DNA from: Vicinamibacteria bacterium | Lineage (GTDB): Bacteria; Acidobacteriota; Vicinamibacteria; Marinacidobacterales; Marinacidobacteraceae | Length of the DNA: 64,000 nucleotides | Assembly: GCA_964291235.2 (NCBI GenBank) | Contig: OZ219816.1 | Span: 1,056,001 to 1,120,000 of the forward strand | Direction: 5' to 3' | Shown here: positions 20,648 to 28,263 of the stretch, piece after piece | Position numbering within the stretch: position 1 is the stretch's first letter | Layout: the number at the start of each line of letters is the position of its first letter | Position numbers and translations under genes: made by a program | The notes under the pieces: generated by a model | Told to the model about the DNA's origin: nothing | Databases searched by the model: none | What the model saw: only the letters and a program-made list of their open reading frames with translations

Positions 20648-21100
20648 ATGAAGAGGACTTTTTCCCTCGCCGCGGCTGCCCTGACGGCGCTCGGTTGGGG
20701 CTGTGGCGGAGGCGAGCCGGCGGCTGAAATGCCCGCGGCCACCGAAGAGGCCACGCCGGAGCCGACGCCGGAGCCGACGCCGGAGCCAGCGCCGCGAGTC
20801 GAGGCCGAGGACATTGACGCCGCTCTCGCGAACGGCGCCGTTCTCCTCGATGTGCGCACCGATGAAGAACTCGCCGAGCACGGCACCATCGAGGGCTTCG
20901 TCCACATTCCGATCGATGAACTGGAGGCGAGGATCGGCGAACTCCCGGTGGGAGTTCCCATCCTCACCGCTTGACAGGGTGGCGGAAGAGCCGCGCGTGC
21001 CGCGGAGCTACTACAGGCGAACGGACACGAAGTCGTTGGTTTTTGTGGCCTGATGGGCTATGAAGGCGAGCGGGTCTATCCCGGGGCAGCGGAAGACTGA
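20648..21100 (+). CDS. Rhodanese-domain selenoprotein, lipoprotein (Sec at TGA 20972-20974), 150 aa
   Basis: AGGAGG RBS; lipobox-like LGWGC; EPTP-repeat linker; LLDVRT..GTIEGFVHIP...PILTA-[TGA]-QGGGRAARAAELLQANGHEVVGFCGL. Confidence 0.85.
20975..21010 (+). promoter_or_regulatory. Putative bacterial SECIS element 2
   Basis: CCGCG-CGTGC-CGCGG stem-loop with the same loop and the same 21-nt spacing from the UGA as element 1. Confidence 0.7.
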
Positions 21101-21104
21101 TTCG

Positions 21105-22403
21105 TCAGATCTGAACCGTCCGGAAGCCCGCCAACACGTCGCGGCGATCCGGACTGAAGAAATTTCGATAGCGGCCGGTCAGCAGCCGGCCGCGCGTCGC
21201 CCAGGCGCCGCCGCGCAGCACCTTGGTCTCGTGGAAACCGGCTTCGGAGTATTCCCGGTAGGCATCGGGACGGAAACCGGGGAACGGCCTGAAGGTGTCC
21301 CCGGTCCACTCCCAGACATTGCCAATCATCTGCCGGCAGCCGAAGGCGCTGTCCCCTTCGGGCAGCGCTCCCACGTCGAGGCAGCCCAGCGCCCAACCGT
21401 CCAGGTTCGCCCGCCGAGGGTCGGGAGGCGTTTCTCCCCATGGGTACGACCGCTTCTTCGGGGCGAGGGCGTCCCCGGCGGGTTCGCCGAGGGCGGCCGT
21501 TTCCCACTCGGCTTCCGAAGGGAGCCGCCGGCCGGCCCAGGCACAGTAGGCATTTGCCTCGAACCAGTTCACGTGGATGACGGGTTCGTCGGGCGCCAGC
21601 GGGCGGACCCGGTCGAAACGGCGTACCCGGAACCCGCCTTCCCGGTCGGGGCGCCAATAGACAGGATGCGCGGCGTCGGCTCGTTCCCGCCAATTCCAGC
21701 CCGCCCGGCTCCAGAACTCACGCTCGCGGTAGCCTCCGGCTGTCACGAATTCGGCGAACTCCGCGTTCGTGACCGGGGCTTTCGCGATCGCAAACGACTG
21801 GACGCGGAACGGATGCGCCCACTTCTCGTTGTCGTAGAGGAACGGTGCGTCCGGCTCAGCCCCCAGCCGAAACGTCCCGCCGGGAACGCGGGCGTCCCCC
21901 GGATGGCGGCCGCCCGGCGCTCGCCGGGGGCGCTCCCGTCCCAGAGCCGGGGCCGGGTAGCCGAGGGTCTGCCGGGAGTAGATGTACGCCTCGGTGTGCA
22001 TGTCCTCGTGGAAGGTGGCGAACTGGTACATGAAGCTGTCGCTCTCGGTCGCGAGGTTCTGATCCAACCGGTCGAGGCAGCGGCACTTGACCCTTTCGGC
22101 GTAGCCGATCACTTCCTCCATGCCGAGGAGAGGGAGGTCCCAGCGCAGTTCCTGGGCAACGGTCGCCGAGTCATAGATTTCGTCCCCCCTGGGCAGGATC
22201 GCTTCGCACCCGTGGAGTTCGCGCAGGATGAACCTCTCGTAGAACCACGCGACGTGCCCGATTTCCCAGCGCAGCGGGTTGACGATGCGCAGCCGCGACC
22301 CCATCCACTGGTCCTCGTCGAGCCCGACAATCAGTGCGAGACTGCGCCGGTGGGCATCTTCCATGATGGCGGCCAGGTGGTCGGCCGGGACACGCTTGGT
22401 CAT
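21105..22403 (-). CDS. senA: Selenoneine synthase SenA-like (EgtB/OvoA-family DinB + FGE-sulfatase non-heme iron enzyme)
   Basis: NPLRWEIGHVAWF and FHEDMHTEAYIYSRQTLGY His iron ligands; RRLPSEAEWE, GNVWEWT, VLRGGAWAT, YRNFF, AGFRT; adjacent to senB-like gene. Confidence 0.82.
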   Translation of the reverse strand: MTKRVPADHLAAIMEDAHRRSLALIVGLDEDQWMGSRLRIVNPLRWEIGHVAWFYERFILRELHGCEAILPRGDEIYDSATVAQELRWDLPLLGMEEVIGYAERVKCRCLDRLDQNLATESDSFMYQFATFHEDMHTEAYIYSRQTLGYPAPALGRERPRRAPGGRHPGDARVPGGTFRLGAEPDAPFLYDNEKWAHPFRVQSFAIAKAPVTNAEFAEFVTAGGYREREFWSRAGWNWRERADAAHPVYWRPDREGGFRVRRFDRVRPLAPDEPVIHVNWFEANAYCAWAGRRLPSEAEWETAALGEPAGDALAPKKRSYPWGETPPDPRRANLDGWALGCLDVGALPEGDSAFGCRQMIGNVWEWTGDTFRPFPGFRPDAYREYSEAGFHETKVLRGGAWATRGRLLTGRYRNFFSPDRRDVLAGFRTVQI

Positions 22404-22423
22404 GGTGGGAGCAGGCTTCGCCC

Positions 22424-23377
22424 GTGCGAATCATTGTAGTAACCCCCGCCGGAGCCAACTCGCGCGCCGGAAACCGGATCACCGCGGTCCGCTGGGCGCG
22501 GATGCTGCGGTCGCTGGGGCACCGAGTCGCCGTCCGGACGGAATGGGACGGCGGGAGCGCGGATGTGCTGATCGCGCTCCACGCCTGGCGGAGCGCTGCT
22601 TCCGTTGCCCGCTACCGATCCCGTTGCCCGAACGGTTCCCTGGTGGTCGCGTTGACCGGCACCGATGTGCACGGCTTTCTCGGCACCCATGAAGAGACGA
22701 CCCGGAGGTCGCTTGAACACGCGGACGTGCTGGTGGCGCTGCACGATCTGGTGTCCGATGCCATCCCACCGGAGTTTCGCAACAAGGTCCAGGTGGTGCA
22801 TCAGTCGGTGAAGAACCGCGGTATATCGCGCGATCCGTCGAGACGCACGTTTGACGTGTGCGTCGTCGGACACCTGCGCCGGGAAAAGGATCCGCTGCGG
22901 GCGGCGTACGCGGCGCGAGCGATCCCGGCGGCGTCCCGGTTGCGCGTTTTGCACGCCGGTGGAGCTCGGGATCCGGATTGGGGGGTCGCTGCGCAGGAGG
23001 AGATGGCGCGAAACCCGCGTTACCGCTGGCGCGGTGAACTTCCGGGGTGGCGCGTGCGCCGGCTCTACGCGAAAGCCCGGGCGATGGTGATCTCTTCGGT
23101 CGTGGAGGGGGGCGCCAATGTGGTGTCCGAGGCGGTGGTGGCCGGACTCCCGGTCATTGCGTCGCGCATCCCGGGGAACGTCGGCCTTCTCGGCCCCGGA
23201 CACCCGGGCTATTTCCCCCCGCAGGATACCGGGGCTCTCCGCGATCTCCTGTGGTGCGCGGAGAGTGATCCCGGTTTCCTCGAGGACCTCATGCGGCACG
23301 GGGCGGCGCGAGCGCCGCTGTTCGCCCCCGAGCGTGAACGCGAGGCCTGGCGCCGGCTACTCGCGGCGCTCTCGTAG
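22424..23377 (+). CDS. senB: Selenosugar synthase SenB-like (TIGR04348-type glycosyltransferase)
   Basis: IVVTPA...SRAGNRITAVRWARML, IALHAWRS, LTGTD, VGHLRREKDP, SS..EGGANVVSEA, GNVGLLG..HPGYFP. Confidence 0.88.
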   Translation: MRIIVVTPAGANSRAGNRITAVRWARMLRSLGHRVAVRTEWDGGSADVLIALHAWRSAASVARYRSRCPNGSLVVALTGTDVHGFLGTHEETTRRSLEHADVLVALHDLVSDAIPPEFRNKVQVVHQSVKNRGISRDPSRRTFDVCVVGHLRREKDPLRAAYAARAIPAASRLRVLHAGGARDPDWGVAAQEEMARNPRYRWRGELPGWRVRRLYAKARAMVISSVVEGGANVVSEAVVAGLPVIASRIPGNVGLLGPGHPGYFPPQDTGALRDLLWCAESDPGFLEDLMRHGAARAPLFAPEREREAWRRLLAALS

Positions 23378-23388
23378 TTCCGCCCCGA

Positions 23389-24858
23389 TCAGTTGATGAG
23401 GAATATCTTCTCGTTCGGCGGCTGTAGCCATTCGACGCCCTTGTTGGTCACGATTTGCGGGTTCGAGATGTTGATCGCGAGTGGGAAGCCCGGACGCTCC
23501 GGGATGTTCATATGCACCATGTACTCGTACGCGAAGATGTGATTCTCCTGGATCACCAGGTGGTGCCGGTCGGCGCGGAAATTCGTCACCGAGGGACCGA
23601 CGGTTCCGGTTCCGACGGTGCCGTGGGCGTGGTGGTCGATGGCGAAACCCGGCTGGTCGCTGTCGCCGAGCCCTTCCTGGATGATCACGTAGTCGAGGTT
23701 CCTGGCGCCGTCGGGGGTTCGGCCGATCCCCTGGATTCCGGAGTTGACGAACGGCGTGTAGATGTAGCCCGCCTCTTCCATGGCTGCGACCATGGCGTCG
23801 AGCGATTCCTTCGCCGTCATGCCCACCCGCATGTGGGGCCGCATGATCCACTGGCCGGCGATCGCGAAGTCGAAGAGTTTCTGGATGCTCTCCGGAGGGG
23901 CGGTTTCACCCTCGCGCAGAATGTAGGCGTGGGTTTTGGTGTCGGTCCCGAATCCCATGTAGTTGACCCCGACGTTGAAGGCGAAGAAGTCGCCGCGTTG
24001 GAAGACGTAGTCCTCGTGCCAGATCCAGTAGCGGGCGTCGGGCGGGTAGGGTGGGTCCTCGGATACCGCGGTGTAGTAGAGGCGGATGCCACCGCGTCCC
24101 CCGGTGCTGAAACCGGCCAGGTGCCGCTCATAGGCCCACTCCCGGGCCCAGGTGGTGATCTCCCGGATCGTGGTGCGTCCCGGCTCGATCCGGGCCAGGG
24201 CCTCCTGGGTGAGCTGCCGGGCGGCCTCGAGATTGTTGATCTGTTCGGCCACTTCCCGGACCGTTCGCCGCACCAGGAAGTCGGTGATCACGTTCTCGGC
24301 GGACACGATCCGCTCGGCATACCTGGGGCCGAGAATCCCGGTGAGCTTCAGGTAGGAGGTGTGGGATAGCCCGTCGGCCTCGGCGAGCCACTCGGAGGTG
24401 TTGACCGCAATGGTCTGCGGGTCCCGTTCGGCGACGAACTCCGTGAACTCGTCGTACACCTCGTCGCCATAGTTGAACGCCATCTGGTAGCCGCGGCCGT
24501 AACTGGAAATGGTCCTCGCGAAGGTGTCCGATCCGCGGACATCGATGTCCGGGACCGCGCCCGCACTACCGAAGGCGGCCCGCTCGATCCGGTCGCCGAG
24601 GTCGGTGAAGACGAGGTAGCCGTAGGTGTTGCCGAACCAGTAGGCCATCGGGTCGGGGTCGCCGTGCCGGGTGACGTGGATCCACATGTCCACGCCGTTG
24701 TCGCGCATGGCTCCCGGCAGGATGAGGTCGAGTTTCTCCCGCCTCATGAGGCGCATTACCTCGCCCCCACTGCTTGAGGTGTGGACGCCAGGTTGGGCGC
24801 CCGCGAGCGTGCCCGCAAGGAGCAGTGAAATCAGGATGGACGGGGTACGGACGGACAT
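23389..24858 (-). CDS. Exported M24-family (Xaa-Pro aminopeptidase-like) metallopeptidase
   Basis: Signal peptide; RREKLDLILPGAMRDNGVDMWI, YMGFGTDTKTHAYILREGE, HHAHG, AYEY. Confidence 0.7.
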   Translation of the reverse strand: MSVRTPSILISLLLAGTLAGAQPGVHTSSSGGEVMRLMRREKLDLILPGAMRDNGVDMWIHVTRHGDPDPMAYWFGNTYGYLVFTDLGDRIERAAFGSAGAVPDIDVRGSDTFARTISSYGRGYQMAFNYGDEVYDEFTEFVAERDPQTIAVNTSEWLAEADGLSHTSYLKLTGILGPRYAERIVSAENVITDFLVRRTVREVAEQINNLEAARQLTQEALARIEPGRTTIREITTWAREWAYERHLAGFSTGGRGGIRLYYTAVSEDPPYPPDARYWIWHEDYVFQRGDFFAFNVGVNYMGFGTDTKTHAYILREGETAPPESIQKLFDFAIAGQWIMRPHMRVGMTAKESLDAMVAAMEEAGYIYTPFVNSGIQGIGRTPDGARNLDYVIIQEGLGDSDQPGFAIDHHAHGTVGTGTVGPSVTNFRADRHHLVIQENHIFAYEYMVHMNIPERPGFPLAINISNPQIVTNKGVEWLQPPNEKIFLIN

Positions 24859-24996
24859 AGGGGCCTCCTGCCCGGTCAGGGTATGGGAGGAACCCTCAGG
24901 TCCGCCAATTGCGGAACGGCAGAACGCCGTGTGCGGCGCGAAGCGAGGCGACGCCGACCGGAGGCCGGCGCCCGTGTGCTCGGTGTTCTCGCGTCG

Positions 24997-26172
24997 CTAC
25001 GCCGCCATCTTCTGGGCGGAGTCGAGGACGGTCGCGATCTTGGTGGCGGCGCGCTGCATCTCGTCCATCGTGCCGATGGAGATGCGGCACCGGGTCCACA
25101 GCGGCGGGAACGGCCGTCCGACGCGCACGCCCTCGGCGGCGCAGGCCGCCTGGAACTGCTCGATCGGCATTCCGACGTCCGCGAAGATGAAGTTCGTCTG
25201 GGCGTCGGTGGCGGTCAGGCCCCGGTCGGCGAAGAACTTGATGATGAAGTCCCGCGCCTCGGCGTTTCGCTTCTTCTCGTTCGGGAGGTAGTTGGGGTCC
25301 GCCTTGTCCCGCTCGAGGGCCGCGTTTGCGGCGACCAGCGCCGGGGTACTCACCGAGTTGCCCATGTGGAACTCACCGAGTTCCTCGATGGTTTCCTCGT
25401 GGGCGATCGCATAGCCGACCCGCAGACCCGCCATCCCGTAGGCCTTCGAGAAGGTGCGCGCCACGATAAGCCGTGGGTTTTCGATGGCCGTCGGGATCAT
25501 CGTCTCGTGGCCCGGAGTGGTCACGTAGTCGATATAGGCCTCGTCCACCAGGATGCGGAGGTTCTTCTCCACGTCGAGCGCCCGCATCAGGAAGTCCTTG
25601 CTCTGGGCAGGATCCACGAGCGTCGCAACCGGGTTGTTCGGATTGCAGAAGAACAGCATGCCGCTTCCCTTGCAGGCGTGGAGCGTCTGGTCCAGATCCA
25701 TCTTGAACTCTGAGTCCAGCGGCACCGCCTTCGTCCGGTAGCCCAACAGGTTTGCATAACCGAAGCACTCTTCGTAGGTCGGCAGCGACCCGACGAGCGC
25801 CTTTTCCTTGCTCGCGTACTGGTGCGTGCAGTCCACCAGGATCTGGGTGGAACCCGCGCCGATGAGGACGTTCTGCGGCTCGACGCCCCACTTCTCGGCA
25901 ATCGCCTCCTGCAGCGGACCCATGAACCGGAACGGATACCGCCCGGCGATCACCCCTTCGGGGCCAATGACCGAGTCGAGAGCGTCCATGACGGCTTCGC
26001 CGGGACCGAGCGAGTTCTCGTTGTTCGCGAGGTTGATTGCCTCTTCGGGAGCGATACCCATCTGGGCGGCGAAGGCGAGCTGCTCGCGGAGGCGCGTGCG
26101 CACCAGGGTCGCGGCGTAGATGCCGGCGGCGCCGGCGGAGGCATGACTCAGGAAACTGCGGCGGGAGAGCAT
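24997..26172 (-). CDS. Tat-tagged class I/II PLP aminotransferase (HisC-like)
   Basis: SRRSFL leader; NEN, CNPNNP, DEAY, RTFSKAYGMAGLRVGY, RISIGT. Confidence 0.85.
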   Translation of the reverse strand: MLSRRSFLSHASAGAAGIYAATLVRTRLREQLAFAAQMGIAPEEAINLANNENSLGPGEAVMDALDSVIGPEGVIAGRYPFRFMGPLQEAIAEKWGVEPQNVLIGAGSTQILVDCTHQYASKEKALVGSLPTYEECFGYANLLGYRTKAVPLDSEFKMDLDQTLHACKGSGMLFFCNPNNPVATLVDPAQSKDFLMRALDVEKNLRILVDEAYIDYVTTPGHETMIPTAIENPRLIVARTFSKAYGMAGLRVGYAIAHEETIEELGEFHMGNSVSTPALVAANAALERDKADPNYLPNEKKRNAEARDFIIKFFADRGLTATDAQTNFIFADVGMPIEQFQAACAAEGVRVGRPFPPLWTRCRISIGTMDEMQRAATKIATVLDSAQKMAA

Positions 26173-26250
26173 GGGGTGGCTACCTCCTCGTAGCGAGGGT
26201 TCTCGGCTGGTTCGTCAGGACATCCTGCGGGACGTTTCTCCCTCGGGTGG

Positions 26251-27444
26251 TCACTGTTGCTGGTTGTCGGTGGTGGCGAGCCCGAGCACTTCCGCGAATA
26301 CCGCGGTTGCGCGCTGCATCTCCTCGAGGGTGCCGATCGAGATGCGGGCGTGTGACTTTTCGTAGGGGGGGAAATCCCGTCCCACCATGATGCCCTGCTT
26401 CGCGCAGGCCTCACGGAACTCCTTGGCCGACCGTCCGATGTCCACGAAGAGGAAGTTCGTGTGGCTCGGCACCGGATCGAGCCCGTTGCTCGAGAAGAAG
26501 TCGAAGGTGAACTGGCGCGCGGCATCGTTCCGCTTGATTTCATTCTTGATGTAGTCCGGATCCTCAAGCGACGCCATGGCGGCGGCGATCGAGAGAACGG
26601 AGGTTCCGAACGTGAGCTGCAGCGGCGCGAGTTTCGCGATGGTGTCGGCCTGGCCGTAGGCGTAGCCGACCCGCAGCCCCGCCATGCCGTAGGCCTTCGA
26701 GAAGGTGCGGCCCACGAACACGTCGCGGTACTCCATCGCGAGTTCGGCGCCGGTGTCGAAACCCGGATGCGCGACATAGTCGTAATAGGCCTCGTCAAGA
26801 AGAATCGCGGTATAGGGAGATTCCTTCTTCACGAACTTCACGAAGTCCGTGATGTCGGCCAGCGAATGGACGGTGCCGGTGGGGTTGTTCGGGTTGCAGA
26901 GAAATACGAGTCCAGCGCCGATGGAGGCGCCGGCCATTTTCTCGAGGTCGAGCCCGAGGTCCCCCATCATCGGGATGGATTTGACGGACGCACCGAAGTA
27001 CTTCGCGGTCCGCACCGGGTTCTCGTAGGAGCACTCGCCGGTGACGAGAGGCCGGTCCGGCCCGGTGTAGATGCGGACCGCGTTGCGCAGGATCTCCGAG
27101 GAACCCGGTGCGAGAACCACGTGTTCGGCTTTGCCGCCGTACATTTCGCCGATCCGCTGCCGGAGATCGGTGCCGCTCACCTGCGCGTTCATCGGGTAGC
27201 GCATGATCGAGCCGTAGGCGCCGCGAAGTCCGGCCACCGCGGCCGGACCAGGACCGAGTGGGTTTTCGTTGCTGCTGATCCGGACCTCGTCGGCCTCGGG
27301 TGGCGGCACGAAAACCGGGGCTCCCCGAAAGCCGTTCTCGGCTTCCCAGGCCTCGCGGCCCCTGGCGCTGATCGCGTGGAGCGAAGCCGCACTTCCGGCT
27401 CCGCCGGACGCGAGACTGAGGAAACTGCGACGGTTCGTCTTCAT
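26251..27444 (-). CDS. Tat-tagged class I/II PLP aminotransferase (HisC-like), paralog
   Basis: NRRSFL leader; SSNENPLGP, CNPNNPTG, DEAY, RTFSKAYGMAGLRVGY. Confidence 0.85.
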   Translation of the reverse strand: MKTNRRSFLSLASGGAGSAASLHAISARGREAWEAENGFRGAPVFVPPPEADEVRISSNENPLGPGPAAVAGLRGAYGSIMRYPMNAQVSGTDLRQRIGEMYGGKAEHVVLAPGSSEILRNAVRIYTGPDRPLVTGECSYENPVRTAKYFGASVKSIPMMGDLGLDLEKMAGASIGAGLVFLCNPNNPTGTVHSLADITDFVKFVKKESPYTAILLDEAYYDYVAHPGFDTGAELAMEYRDVFVGRTFSKAYGMAGLRVGYAYGQADTIAKLAPLQLTFGTSVLSIAAAMASLEDPDYIKNEIKRNDAARQFTFDFFSSNGLDPVPSHTNFLFVDIGRSAKEFREACAKQGIMVGRDFPPYEKSHARISIGTLEEMQRATAVFAEVLGLATTDNQQQ

Positions 27445-27606
27445 AGGGTCTCTCCCTGATCGATTCTTGGCTCGGTGGTCACGAGCGTCGGGACAACGTT
27501 GGGCACGTTCCTAATTTGTCTGCCCTCTCATGATCTTGGATAGCGGAGAGTATCCGCTGCGGCGAATACGCCGCAACCCTCCCGGAGGTTCCGAGGCGGG
27601 GATCGG

Positions 27607-28122
27607 TCAGTGCACCATGAGGTCGGTGACGAGAGCAGTTTCACCCCACTGCATCTTGAGGGTGCCGTTCATGCCGTCCGCCATCAACGAGATCGTGAAC
27701 ATCTCGGCGGAGCTGCCCGCCTCTTCGATCTTGAGCGGCGCGCTGAACAGGTCCTTTCCGGGGTCGTGGGCGAGCCCCGACTGGCCGGTCTCGCTGTTGA
27801 CCAGCAGGTCCCAGCCGTCGTCCGTCTTCTTCGCGAAGAGGGTGTAGGCGCCGGCCGGCACCATCTCGCTGCCGATCATCAAATCGCCCTCGGTGGTGAT
27901 GGTGGTGGCGTTTTCGGATCCGAGACGCCACACCATTCCGGCAGTCGCCTGGCCGAGCATGTCGCGCCCATTGAGGCTCGGCCTGCCGTATTCCACGGTG
28001 ACCGCCTTGCCGTTGAAGCTGGCTTCGGCCTTGCCACGCGGGTTGTGCGCAAGCGCTATTGCCGCGACCGCCATACAAACGGCGAAAACGGCCACCAACC
28101 GGTGCTTGGGGGAGTAGGTCAT
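27607..28122 (-). CDS. DUF2911-domain exported protein
   Basis: Signal peptide; NPRG, VEYGRPSLNGR, VWRLGSENATT, VPAGAYTLF, LKMQWGET. Confidence 0.8.
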   Translation of the reverse strand: MTYSPKHRLVAVFAVCMAVAAIALAHNPRGKAEASFNGKAVTVEYGRPSLNGRDMLGQATAGMVWRLGSENATTITTEGDLMIGSEMVPAGAYTLFAKKTDDGWDLLVNSETGQSGLAHDPGKDLFSAPLKIEEAGSSAEMFTISLMADGMNGTLKMQWGETALVTDLMVH

Positions 28123-28263
28123 GAATTCGTCCTCCGGACCGGCGATTCTAGCGACCGCGTAGGGTGCGGCTCGCGTTGCGGGGCCCGGGGGGAGCGCGGT
28201 AGGCTCACTCGTGAGGGGCGCCAGGCTGGTTGGGCCTGGATTTGGACCCCCGTTGACGCTGCC

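Noticed and set aside
20285-20974. Two truncated rhodanese pseudogenes (73 and 108 aa in the ORF track)
   Set aside because: The stop falls at the catalytic codon in both, with a conserved downstream frame and hairpin; Sec read-through explains this better.
21105-22403. Ergothioneine EgtB or generic formylglycine-generating enzyme
   Set aside because: Adjacent SenB-like gene and the HEDMHxEA..Y.RQTLG motif favour SenA; no egtD/egtC nearby. Not fully excluded without phylogeny.
24997-27444. hisC assignment
   Set aside because: Tat leaders, tandem duplication and no his-operon context.
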